From contig NZ_CP060715.1 in NCBI RefSeq assembly GCF_014396165.1, positions 1,260,001 through 1,292,000 of the forward strand: a DNA stretch of 32,000 nt. Direction: 5' to 3'. Under the pieces are notes generated by a model. The model was not told the DNA's origin, did not search any database, and worked only from the letters and a program-made list of their open reading frames with translations. The stretch is from Erysipelothrix inopinata (GTDB taxonomy: Bacteria > Bacillota_I > Bacilli_A > Erysipelotrichales > Erysipelotrichaceae). Below are positions 16,164 through 24,200 of this stretch, in pieces. Position numbers and translations under genes: made by a program. Position 1 is the stretch's first letter, and every line of letters begins with the position of its first letter.

Positions 16164-16859
16164 ATGAGTGTCTATATCGATAAAGTAATTGAAATGATTG
16201 ATTTAAGTCAAAACTTACCATTGAATCAAATTATTTATGATGGATTACGAACTGCAATTATTACGGGTGTGATTCCAATGGGGGAACGCATCAATGAAAA
16301 ATACTACGCTGAATCATTAAATGTGAGTCGTACACCAGTACGAGAAGCATTGCGTAGAATCCAAGACGAGGAAATTGTGGAATACATTCCTAATTATGGT
16401 ATCGTCGTTTCAACTTTTGATGTTGAAGATGTAAAAGAGATTTACCAGATCCGTACTGCATTGGATATCTTAGCCGCAACTAATGCGATGAAACTAATGA
16501 CTGAAGAAAAAGCAATAAAGATGGAAACATTGCTCGATAAAACAGATGAAGCACAACGAAACCATGATGTAGAAGGTGTCATTGAAATGTCGAAAGAATT
16601 TAATACGATGATTTATGAGTTTGCGGAAATGCCGCGGCTTGAGTCAATTCAAAATCGACTCCGTGACTATTTAATGCGTTTTCGTGATATCTCTTTAACA
16701 GCAGATAAACGTCGTGAACGTGCCTTGGCAGAACACCGTCTTATTTTCCGTTGCCTTAAAAATGGCGATGTTGAACAAATGCGTCTTGTTATTGCGGAAC
16801 ATTTAATGCTGTCAGAAGAATTTATTCTTCTCGAACTTGAGAGACAAACTAAAAAATGA
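16164..16859 (+). CDS. GntR-family transcriptional regulator (FadR/FCD subfamily), CitO-like by context
   Basis: 231 aa. wHTH GERINEKYYAESLNVSRTPVREALRRIQDEEIV plus an all-helical FCD-like C-domain. AAGGAGG RBS. Translationally coupled (ATGA) to citG. Confidence 0.8.
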   Translation: MSVYIDKVIEMIDLSQNLPLNQIIYDGLRTAIITGVIPMGERINEKYYAESLNVSRTPVREALRRIQDEEIVEYIPNYGIVVSTFDVEDVKEIYQIRTALDILAATNAMKLMTEEKAIKMETLLDKTDEAQRNHDVEGVIEMSKEFNTMIYEFAEMPRLESIQNRLRDYLMRFRDISLTADKRRERALAEHRLIFRCLKNGDVEQMRLVIAEHLMLSEEFILLELERQTKK

Positions 16860-17677
16860 TTGACATTGATAAACTTGTATCGTGTGCGACAAAGGCTTTG
16901 GTTGTGGAAGTAAGTCTTTATCCCAAACCAGGATTGGTTGATCCTGTTGATTCGGGTGCACACCAGGATATGGATTACATTACATTCATGGAAAGTTGTT
17001 TCGCATTAATTCCAGGATTTAAAATATACATCGAAACGGGTATGAATCATCAGGGTGACTTAAAAGAGCTCTTTAATCTTATTCGTGAAATAGGGATGGA
17101 AAATGAATCGCGAATGTTTTCAGCGACTGAAAATGTAAATACACATAAAGGCGCAAACTTTATGTTCGGAATCATTTTAGCGGCCATTGGTTATCTTGAT
17201 AACCCTACCTTATTGGAACTTCAAGACGCGATTAAAACTATGACTGCAGGACTTGTTGATAATGAACTTAAAGATCTACAAGAATACCGCACACATGGTG
17301 AAAAGATGTTCCAACTATATGGCTATACAGGCATTCGTGGTGAAGTAGAAAGTGGAATTCCGCATGCTTTTAATGTTGGATATCCAATTTTAGCTAAAAA
17401 GGACAGATCGTTTGATACGCGTCTCAAACATGCCTTACTTGCAATCATGGCATCCAATGATGATGCAAATATGCTAAAACGGGGTGGCTATAAAGGACTT
17501 CAAACAGGAAAAGAATGGTCTCGAAAAGCATATGACAATTTGAATCAGCATTTATCAGAAATGAATGCAAAATTTATAGAAGATAATTTGAGCCCAGGAG
17601 GAAGTGCGGACTTACTTGCTGTATCGATTTTCCTTTATTACTATCAAAAAGAAATTATAGAAAAAAATAACAGGTAG
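16856..17677 (+). CDS. citG: Triphosphoribosyl-dephospho-CoA synthase
   Basis: 273 aa. LYPKPGLVDPVDSGAHQDMDY and LSPGGSADLLA are typical CitG/MdcB motifs. Confidence 0.85.
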   Translation: MIDIDKLVSCATKALVVEVSLYPKPGLVDPVDSGAHQDMDYITFMESCFALIPGFKIYIETGMNHQGDLKELFNLIREIGMENESRMFSATENVNTHKGANFMFGIILAAIGYLDNPTLLELQDAIKTMTAGLVDNELKDLQEYRTHGEKMFQLYGYTGIRGEVESGIPHAFNVGYPILAKKDRSFDTRLKHALLAIMASNDDANMLKRGGYKGLQTGKEWSRKAYDNLNQHLSEMNAKFIEDNLSPGGSADLLAVSIFLYYYQKEIIEKNNR

Positions 17678-17693
17678 AGATACCTGTTATTTT
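17661..17693. terminator. Bidirectional terminator (citG / convergent membrane-protein gene)
   Basis: ATAACAGGTA-gaga-TACCTGTTAT flanked by A7 and TTT. Confidence 0.7.
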
Positions 17694-18441
17694 ACGGATG
17701 CTGTATATATTTTAAATTTAATGTTATCAAACGATTTGAAGAGATTCTCTACGTCTCTGTATTTCTTTAAGCTTTTGAATTTATAAACATGTTCATTATT
17801 CTTAGGGTTTGAGTACTCTAGCTTGCCCATTTCATTAAGCTCTGATATTTCATCATCACGAAGCTTTCTGCTTAATATAAATATAAATGTGAGGGTGCCT
17901 GGATAATCGATGGCGTCAGTTGTAAGTAAGAGTGGTTTGTAAACATTCTTCTTAAATTTACGTGCTTGCATGTAATTAATAAAGAAGAAAGAAATAAAAC
18001 CAGCAAGGAGCCAACCTGATAGGGATCGCGGGAAAATGTTTGTCCAGATAAAGATGGCTTGAATGACTGCGAGTACAATCGATGAATTGGTTATAAATTG
18101 ATTGAAATCTAAGAGTTGTTGGTTATAAAAAATTGCGAGTAAATCGGGGATAGTTCTTCAAAATTTTGTTTTTTACCAGCAGAATAAGAAATGGTAACAT
18201 GTGAAGAAGTGTGTTCGGTAACAGAAACAGCTTGAGCACGTTGTGGTGCGTTTTTCTCGATGTATAACGTTACTTCTTGAGGGGTGTCACTCTTTTTGAA
18301 GAAATAAAAACCATATTTTATCTTGGTTAATGTATATCCCTTCGTGTATTTGCTATGTAAAAAATCTTGAATTTCTTGAGGTGTATCAAAAAAACGAATG
18401 CGGTTGATCATAGGTGTTCGGTTGTATTGATAGCAATACAT
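17687..18441 (-). pseudogene. Membrane protein gene (N-terminal soluble domain, 2 TM, C-terminal domain) interrupted by a frameshift; possibly DUF2812-like
   Basis: ORF 18109-18441 ends in TAG. A second frame is open from 18155 to 17687 (…NSSIVLAVIQAIFIWTN…GWLLAGFISFFF…) but has no ATG/GTG/TTG or RBS before the M at 17971. Adding one base to the homopolymer at 18127-18132 (T6 on the coding strand) fuses both into ~251 aa. Confidence 0.45.
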
Positions 18442-18601
18442 TCCTTTCTATATATTGTTATCTTTACGATATCATAATTTATTTCTGATAGCTATGTAAG
18501 TCGAACAGGATTTATCTAAAAAACATATTAAATACAACAGATACTTAATAAGTACACTTCAAGTATCAGAAAAGTGTTAGGATTAAATTAGGAGGTATAC
18601 T

Positions 18602-20155
18602 ATGAACCCACTTAGTATTCATCAATCATTCCGTACAACTATTGAGACTGCTTTTTACCATAATCATGTAAAGTGCCTCAATTCGAGATCTGATATTTAT
18701 GACTTGGCTTGCCAAGATCCAGCGAGCATTGTAACTGATATCCCTGTTCATCATACCCAAGAACTCGGACTTCCTAAGAATGCCAAGGTACTTGTTGATA
18801 ATAATGGCTCTATTGTTGGTCGAACTGCTTCTGCACGGGTTATTGTTACTGGAAATAAGAATATGCAAGAACTTAAAGTACTGCAAGATTGTATCAGGGC
18901 GAATCATGAAAGAACATTCTATAAAACGGATATCCACATTGGTCTGAATGAAAATTTTGAAGTGAATGCTCATGTTATGGTACCTGATAACCAAATCAAC
19001 AATCTTTATAATACAGTTATAAACTTTGAGTCGGGGTTAATTGAAAACCCTAAAGAAACGCTTTATTTGTATGTTGATGCAAACTGGCGTGATCCAAATT
19101 ATCCACATGGTTTGGTTGTATTGGATCCTGAAAGTCATGTGGGAGCTGTACTTGGATTAAATTATTTTGGAGAAATTAAAAAAGCACTTCTCTCATTAAC
19201 ATGGAATGCATCAAAACTATATGGATATATTCCCTGTCACGGAGGTGTGAAATATCTCCGTCACAAAAATCGAGAAGAAACAATTGGTGTATTTGGATTA
19301 TCCGGATCGGGAAAGTCTACGATTACGTTTTCAAAACCTAAACATGCTGATGATGTCCAAGTATTACATGACGATGCTTTTATAATTCATGAAGAAAATC
19401 TCAGTACCATAGCTCTGGAACCGTCCTATTTTGATAAAACGGCAGATTATGCAATGGATCATCCCGATATTGCTTCGTTTATAAGTGTGCAAAACAATGG
19501 AGTCACAAAAGATAAGGATGGCAATCTTGTCTTGGTTACAGAGGATATCCGAAATGGCAATGGGCGTTGTATTAAATCGCGCTACGCAAGAGAAAACCGT
19601 GTTGATTATATTGAGACACCACTCACTCGTATTTTTTGGATTATGCGTGATGATGCATTTCCACCATGTATTCAAATTACCGATCCAGCCCTAGCAGCAG
19701 TTATGGGAGCAACACTCACGACAACACGTAGCAATGCTGAAAATACCAAGGAAGTTGGAAAGCTTGTAATTGAACCCTATGCGAATCCATTCAGAATTTA
19801 TCCATTGGTTGAGGATTATCAGCAGTTTAAGAATCTATTCTCAAAACAAAATGTAAAATGTTATGTTTTAAATACAGGATACTTCGATGGAAAGAAGGTA
19901 ACTCCTGAAACGACATTTGATGCGATTGATCAAATTCTAACTGAAACAGGTGAGTTTGAACCATTTGGTTCTACAAAAACAATGAAATATTTGGTTCAAG
20001 AAAACTTCAAACCGGATATAAATTCACAAAGTTATCTTGAGAAAATTAAGAAGACCTTTGAATTGCGTCATAATTTCCTTGCAGATGCGAATGCTTGGAC
20101 ATGGCTTCCACAGGAAGCACATGAGAGCATTAAGGCTATTTTAAGCGGTTTATAA
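18602..20155 (+). CDS. pckA: Phosphoenolpyruvate carboxykinase (ATP) family protein, divergent
   Basis: 517 aa. Matches ATP-PEPCK signatures NYFGEIKK (cf. YGGEMKK), kinase-1a FGLSGSGKSTI (cf. GLSGTGKTT), LHDDAFII (cf. IGDDEHGW) and YVLNTGYFDGKK (cf. LVNTGWNGTGKR). The N-terminal GRSPKDK motif is replaced by GRTASAR. AGGAGG RBS. Confidence 0.7.
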   Translation: MNPLSIHQSFRTTIETAFYHNHVKCLNSRSDIYDLACQDPASIVTDIPVHHTQELGLPKNAKVLVDNNGSIVGRTASARVIVTGNKNMQELKVLQDCIRANHERTFYKTDIHIGLNENFEVNAHVMVPDNQINNLYNTVINFESGLIENPKETLYLYVDANWRDPNYPHGLVVLDPESHVGAVLGLNYFGEIKKALLSLTWNASKLYGYIPCHGGVKYLRHKNREETIGVFGLSGSGKSTITFSKPKHADDVQVLHDDAFIIHEENLSTIALEPSYFDKTADYAMDHPDIASFISVQNNGVTKDKDGNLVLVTEDIRNGNGRCIKSRYARENRVDYIETPLTRIFWIMRDDAFPPCIQITDPALAAVMGATLTTTRSNAENTKEVGKLVIEPYANPFRIYPLVEDYQQFKNLFSKQNVKCYVLNTGYFDGKKVTPETTFDAIDQILTETGEFEPFGSTKTMKYLVQENFKPDINSQSYLEKIKKTFELRHNFLADANAWTWLPQEAHESIKAILSGL

Positions 20156-20187
20156 AAGAGGGACAATGTTTGTTCCTCTTTATTTTT
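20155..20187 (+). terminator. Rho-independent terminator after the PEPCK-family gene
   Basis: AAAGAGGGACAA-tgt-TTGTTCCTCTTT followed by ATTTTT. Confidence 0.7.
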
Positions 20188-20214
20188 ATAACATTTAAAA
20201 TGCAAATGAATTCT

Positions 20215-20252
20215 GTGTCACGCAGTGTTCACGAAGTGTTCACAGTGTATAT
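20215..20252 (+). promoter_or_regulatory. AGTGT direct-repeat array upstream of the citrate transporter
   Basis: GTGTCAC-gc-AGTGTTCACGA-AGTGTTCAC-AGTGTATAT, with AGTGT at 20224, 20235 and 20244 (spacing 11, 9, identical to 16053-16083). Confidence 0.4.
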
Positions 20253-20282
20253 TAGATGTTTTTTAGTCGTTAAACCCATTGA

Positions 20283-20296
20283 TGTAAACGCTTTCC
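20283..20296 (+). promoter_or_regulatory. Candidate catabolite-responsive element (cre)
   Basis: TGTAAACGCTTTCC matches TGWAANCGNTNWCA at 13 of 14 positions (last base C instead of A). Lies 60 nt upstream of the transporter ATG. Confidence 0.4.
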
Positions 20297-20356
20297 AATA
20301 TTATGATGTGAATACATTCTCAAAGCGAGAATATCCGAAAGGGAGGAGAAGAAATT

Positions 20357-21757
20357 ATGTTTAATGCAATAACTATTCTGGCATGGACAATGATTATAGT
20401 ATTCTTATTCTTAATTATGAAAAAGAAACTATCACCATTTACTGCTTTGATTATAGTACCTTTGGTATTTGCATTGATTGGTTCATTTATGGGATTGTAT
20501 ACAGATCAGATTATGGAAGTAAAGAAATTAACTGATGCGTCTACAATTGGATTTATGGATCAAATTTGGATTTTGGGTGACTTTGTTCTTGGAGGTATTA
20601 AGAAAACCTCGACAACAGGAATCATGTTACTCTTTGCAATATTCTACTTTGCTTTGATGTTAGATGCAGGGATGTTTGACCCAATTACGAAGTTGATGAT
20701 TAAATTTGCGAATGGGGATCCACTTCGTGTCTTAATAGCTACAGGGGTTGTTGCTGCAGCGGTATCACTAAATGGTGATGGAACGACGACAACACTGATA
20801 ACCTGTACGGCATTTATACCACTTTATAAGAAACTTAATATGAAGATGATGAACTTGGCTGTTATGGTTATCTTGATGAACACCATCATGAACTTACTAC
20901 CATGGGGTGGTCCTACAGCACGTGTTATCTCTGTATTACCAGAATTAAACGGTATGGATTCCCAAGTTCTTCGCGCATTAACACCAGGAATGGTTATTTC
21001 CGTTATCTATATGATGGGTGTTGCGGTATATCTAGGACTCCAAGAACGTAAACGTCTTGGTATCAAAGTTCTTGATGAAAAAGAACTTGCTGACCTTACA
21101 ACAATTACAGATGAAGAAGTCCTAAAGATGCGTCGTCCTCATTTGTTCTGGCCTAACTTAATTCTTACAATTACAATTATTACATTATTAATGATGGAAA
21201 ATACTTTCCCATCAGTATTCCTATTCTTAGTAGGTACTGTTATCGCATTAATGATGAACTATCCTAAACTTAAAGATCAAAAAGTGCGACTTCATGAAAA
21301 CTCAGGTGATGCCGTTGCGGTTGTTATCTTAGTACTTGGTGCAGGGGTCTTTACCGGTCTCTTTACAAGTACAGGAATGTCAGATGGTCTTGCATTAAGT
21401 TTAACTAAGATGATTCCAACAAGCTTCGGACGCTTCTGGGGACTTGTAGTTGCATTCTTATCAGCACCTGGAACATTCTTCTTATCAAACGATGCATTCT
21501 ACTATGGTGTTCTTCCAGTATTAACAACAGCTGGAGAAAGCTATGGTTGGACACAAATGGAACTTGGAGTGGCTTCCTTACTTGGACAAGCATTCCACTT
21601 ACTCAGTCCACTCGTTGCCTTTATCTATCTCTTGTTACAAATGACAGGATTGGATATGGGAGAATGGCAAAAAGAATCAGCTAAATGGGCATGTGGTATC
21701 TTTATTATCTTCATTGTCACAGCAGGCTTAACAGGAGCAGTACCATTCTATAAATAA
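20357..21757 (+). CDS. CitMHS-family citrate (metal-citrate)/H+ symporter
   Basis: 466 aa, ~12 TM. N-terminus ILAWTMIIVFLFLIMKKKLSPFTALIIVPLVFALIG is typical of CitM/CitH transporters. GGGAGGAG RBS. Confidence 0.8.
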   Translation: MFNAITILAWTMIIVFLFLIMKKKLSPFTALIIVPLVFALIGSFMGLYTDQIMEVKKLTDASTIGFMDQIWILGDFVLGGIKKTSTTGIMLLFAIFYFALMLDAGMFDPITKLMIKFANGDPLRVLIATGVVAAAVSLNGDGTTTTLITCTAFIPLYKKLNMKMMNLAVMVILMNTIMNLLPWGGPTARVISVLPELNGMDSQVLRALTPGMVISVIYMMGVAVYLGLQERKRLGIKVLDEKELADLTTITDEEVLKMRRPHLFWPNLILTITIITLLMMENTFPSVFLFLVGTVIALMMNYPKLKDQKVRLHENSGDAVAVVILVLGAGVFTGLFTSTGMSDGLALSLTKMIPTSFGRFWGLVVAFLSAPGTFFLSNDAFYYGVLPVLTTAGESYGWTQMELGVASLLGQAFHLLSPLVAFIYLLLQMTGLDMGEWQKESAKWACGIFIIFIVTAGLTGAVPFYK

Positions 21758-21761
21758 AAGT

Positions 21762-21785
21762 ATAGCTGGTATCACTACCAGCTAT
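21762..21785. terminator. Bidirectional terminator (citrate transporter / bioY)
   Basis: ATAGCTGGT-atcact-ACCAGCTAT. Confidence 0.6.
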
Positions 21786-21793
21786 CTTTGTTA

Positions 21794-22324
21794 TTAACGC
21801 TTAATACCAGATAAGAAACGTTCCTTTACCCATACACTTAATAACATTGAGATCGTATCGGTTGGGATGAACGTAAACCAGTAAGCAACAAACAATTTAC
21901 TTAAAGGAATTGAAACACCGCTATTCATCTTTACGTTGAAATATAGAATTGGAAGTGCAATAGCATAAAGTACAATTTCACTTGCAATGAATGCGAGCCA
22001 TTTCTGTTTCTTCGGGAGACGATTGTAGAGGGTGTTGAGTGTTAAGGCCATTGGAATGAATCCAAGAATGAACCCAAATGTAGGGGACATAAAGACTTGA
22101 ATGCCAGACATTCCACCTGCAAAAACAGGGAGACCAATCAATCCAAGTAAAATATAGATTAATATCGCAAAAAATGTTTGTTGAAATGTCAATGTTAATG
22201 CGGTAAGACAGATTGCAAATACCTGTAAAGTAAAAGGTATAACGGGTAAGGGAATTTTGATAAATGCAGAGATTGCAATAAAGCATGCGAACAACGCTGC
22301 AAGTGATAAATCTTTAGCTTTCAT
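21794..22324 (-). CDS. bioY: Biotin transporter S-component
   Basis: Start ATG 22324 (GGAGGAAAA RBS; the ORF-track start 22414 is an extension into birA). LAALFACFIAISAFIKIPLPVIPFTLQVF...GLIGLPVFAGG is a BioY signature. Confidence 0.85.
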   Translation of the reverse strand: MKAKDLSLAALFACFIAISAFIKIPLPVIPFTLQVFAICLTALTLTFQQTFFAILIYILLGLIGLPVFAGGMSGIQVFMSPTFGFILGFIPMALTLNTLYNRLPKKQKWLAFIASEIVLYAIALPILYFNVKMNSGVSIPLSKLFVAYWFTFIPTDTISMLLSVWVKERFLSGIKR

Positions 22325-23294
22325 GTTTGAATTTTCCTCCAATACTGACTTCTCCAGAGTAGAGCAGTCTTTCATTACCATGATTATCTTTAACAAGAAG
22401 ATGTCCTTGATCATTAATATCTACAGCGGTTACTGCTTGTTTTGGATCGTTATTAATCCAAACTTCTTCACCAAGAATGAAGCAAGCTGTACGATATTCA
22501 TCCAATAATTTCTCACGACTATCTGGTAATGAGTTATAAATTTCGTAGAAATTATTAGCGATAGCTGCAACACACTCGTTGCGATCAATGGCACGGGTAG
22601 TGTGTTTATCGATTGAGGTATAAATATTTGAAATTGAATCGGGAATATCATTGTCTGTAAAGACATTGATACCAATTCCCAATACTAAATATTTATAACT
22701 TTGAGATTCAAGAATGATCTCACCTTCTGTTAAGATGCCGGAAAGCTTTTGATTGTTGATGTAAATATCGTTAAGCCATTTGATTTGAGCATCAATATCA
22801 AGACATTGCTTGAGACTCTTGATGACAGCAACTGCTGCAGCAAGCGTTAAAAGTTGTGTATCTTCGAGATGGGTGGTCGGTCTTAAGATAAAACTCATGT
22901 AGACACCGTTTTGAGAAGGAGAGTAGAAACTTCTTCCCATACGACCCCGACCCGCGGTTTGATTATCAGAAACAATCAAAACATCACTCAGATTGGAATC
23001 CTTGGCGAGATCTTTAGCATACGTATTCGTTGAATCAACAGATTCAAGATACTCGATGCCACGCAAAGTATTGGGATTAAGTAATGACTCAATGTAGGAA
23101 ACGGAAATGTTATTATTTCGTGATAAAAGTTTATAACCCTGATTTCGAACAGATTCAATACAATAGTTTTTAGATTTAAGTTTTTGGATTTCTTTCCAAA
23201 CGTTAGCGCGAGTCATTGATAAAGCGTTCGCAATTAATTCGCCACTGACGAATTGGTCAGGATGTTCTTCCAAGAATTCAAGAACAGTTTTCAT
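22314..23294 (-). CDS. birA: Bifunctional biotin-[acetyl-CoA-carboxylase] ligase / biotin operon repressor
   Basis: 326 aa. N-terminal HTH (FVSGELIANALSMTRANVWKEIQKLK) and the biotin-binding loop QTAGRGRMGRSFYSP. Confidence 0.9.
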   Translation of the reverse strand: MKTVLEFLEEHPDQFVSGELIANALSMTRANVWKEIQKLKSKNYCIESVRNQGYKLLSRNNNISVSYIESLLNPNTLRGIEYLESVDSTNTYAKDLAKDSNLSDVLIVSDNQTAGRGRMGRSFYSPSQNGVYMSFILRPTTHLEDTQLLTLAAAVAVIKSLKQCLDIDAQIKWLNDIYINNQKLSGILTEGEIILESQSYKYLVLGIGINVFTDNDIPDSISNIYTSIDKHTTRAIDRNECVAAIANNFYEIYNSLPDSREKLLDEYRTACFILGEEVWINNDPKQAVTAVDINDQGHLLVKDNHGNERLLYSGEVSIGGKFKHES

Positions 23295-23376
23295 AATAGT
23301 GCCTCCATTTATTTTCTACAGAATATCATGATAACGATTGATTGTAAACCACATGTGAAACGTAAGTTTACAATAG

Positions 23377-23412
23377 GGTGTGTTTTAAGTGTTTATACAC
23401 GTAAAGAACACT
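23377..23412 (+). promoter_or_regulatory. GGTGT/AGTGT repeat plus GTGTTTATACAC element upstream of the oad-cit operon
   Basis: GGTGTGTTTTA-AGTGTTTATACAC-gtaaaGAACACT (repeats at 23377 and 23388, spacing 11), 30-65 nt upstream of a TATAAT (23443-23448) that lacks a good -35. Confidence 0.35.
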
Positions 23413-23475
23413 CAAGATGTATCGTGGTAAATTGGGAGAGACTATAATTAAGATGTAGAAAGGACAGGTGTATCA

Positions 23476-23796
23476 ATGTTTTGGGTAAAACGTAAGAAGT
23501 TAATTACTGATGAACCAATTATGAAGTCAGACCTTGTGAAACCTTTAGAACATAAAATAGACTTCACAGAAGAAGTCCTTGATCGTGAAGAACATGATGA
23601 AGTTGCAGTGATTGCATCGGCAATTTTATCAACAAGTTATGATGATGCGAAAGTCCGTGTCAAATCGATTCGTCGCGTTGATCAAGATAAAGAAGCTGCA
23701 GCGATTATTGCGGCTGCCGTCTTGGCTCATGATAAGCCAGAATCAACGTTTCGCTTGGTACGTATAACAGAGGAAGGGAGCAGTAAAGATGCTTAG
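23476..23796 (+). CDS. Small soluble oxaloacetate-decarboxylase accessory subunit (OadH-like / OadG C-terminal-tail-like)
   Basis: 106 aa, no TM helix. Two Ala/Ile-rich repeats EVAVIASAILS and EAAAIIAAAVLAH resemble the alpha-subunit-binding tail of OadG-family proteins. First gene of the oad-cit operon, as oadH is in E. faecalis. Confidence 0.5.
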   Translation: MFWVKRKKLITDEPIMKSDLVKPLEHKIDFTEEVLDREEHDEVAVIASAILSTSYDDAKVRVKSIRRVDQDKEAAAIIAAAVLAHDKPESTFRLVRITEEGSSKDA

Positions 23797-24181
23797 AAAA
23801 TTTAGAGTTAAATTAAATGATAAAGAATATGTCGTGGAAATGGAAGAAATTGGAAATCCAGAAGGATTATCATTTTCTCAGCCAGCAGCACCTGTTCAAG
23901 CAGTAAGTGAAGCAGAACCAGCACCAACACCGCAACCTCAAGCAAGTGCACCAGTACATGTTGAAGGTGGTACAGAAATTGTGGCACCAATGCCGGGAAA
24001 TATTTTATCCGTTGCTGTGAACGTAGGAGACACAGTCAATGAAAATGATGTCTTACTTGTTTTAGAAGCTATGAAGATGGAAAACAACATTGTTGCTCCT
24101 AAGGCAGGAACTGTTGCAGCTATCTACACAACAAAAGGAACAAGTGTTGATGTTGGTGAAGTAATGGTTGTCATTAACTAA
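23789..24181 (+). CDS. oadD: Free-standing biotin carboxyl carrier protein of oxaloacetate decarboxylase
   Basis: 130 aa. Pro/Ala linker (AEPAPTPQPQASAP) then a biotinyl domain with LEAMKMEN (biotinyl-Lys motif). Confidence 0.85.
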   Translation: MLRKFRVKLNDKEYVVEMEEIGNPEGLSFSQPAAPVQAVSEAEPAPTPQPQASAPVHVEGGTEIVAPMPGNILSVAVNVGDTVNENDVLLVLEAMKMENNIVAPKAGTVAAIYTTKGTSVDVGEVMVVIN

Positions 24182-24200
24182 ATAGAAAGCAGGGAAGATT

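Noticed and set aside
17872-18078. 68-aa minus-strand ORF
   Set aside because: It is in the third frame, overlapping the TM-encoding part of the frameshifted membrane-protein gene. No RBS, and the other frame gives a coherent TM protein.
18626-19694. ORFs 18626-18994(-), 19364-19675(-) and 19485-19694(+) inside the PEPCK-family gene; likewise antisense or alternate-frame ORFs inside opu, citF, citD, oadB, bioY/birA, the GntR gene and the citrate transporter
   Set aside because: All are embedded in longer ORFs with clear family signatures. They are typical AT-rich-genome shadow ORFs.
20170-20364. 64-aa plus-strand ORF in the PEPCK-transporter intergenic region (similarly 23253-23447 and 7554-7754)
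   Set aside because: These ORFs have no RBS. They span terminators, repeat arrays and promoter elements, and they have odd composition. They are better explained as regulatory DNA.
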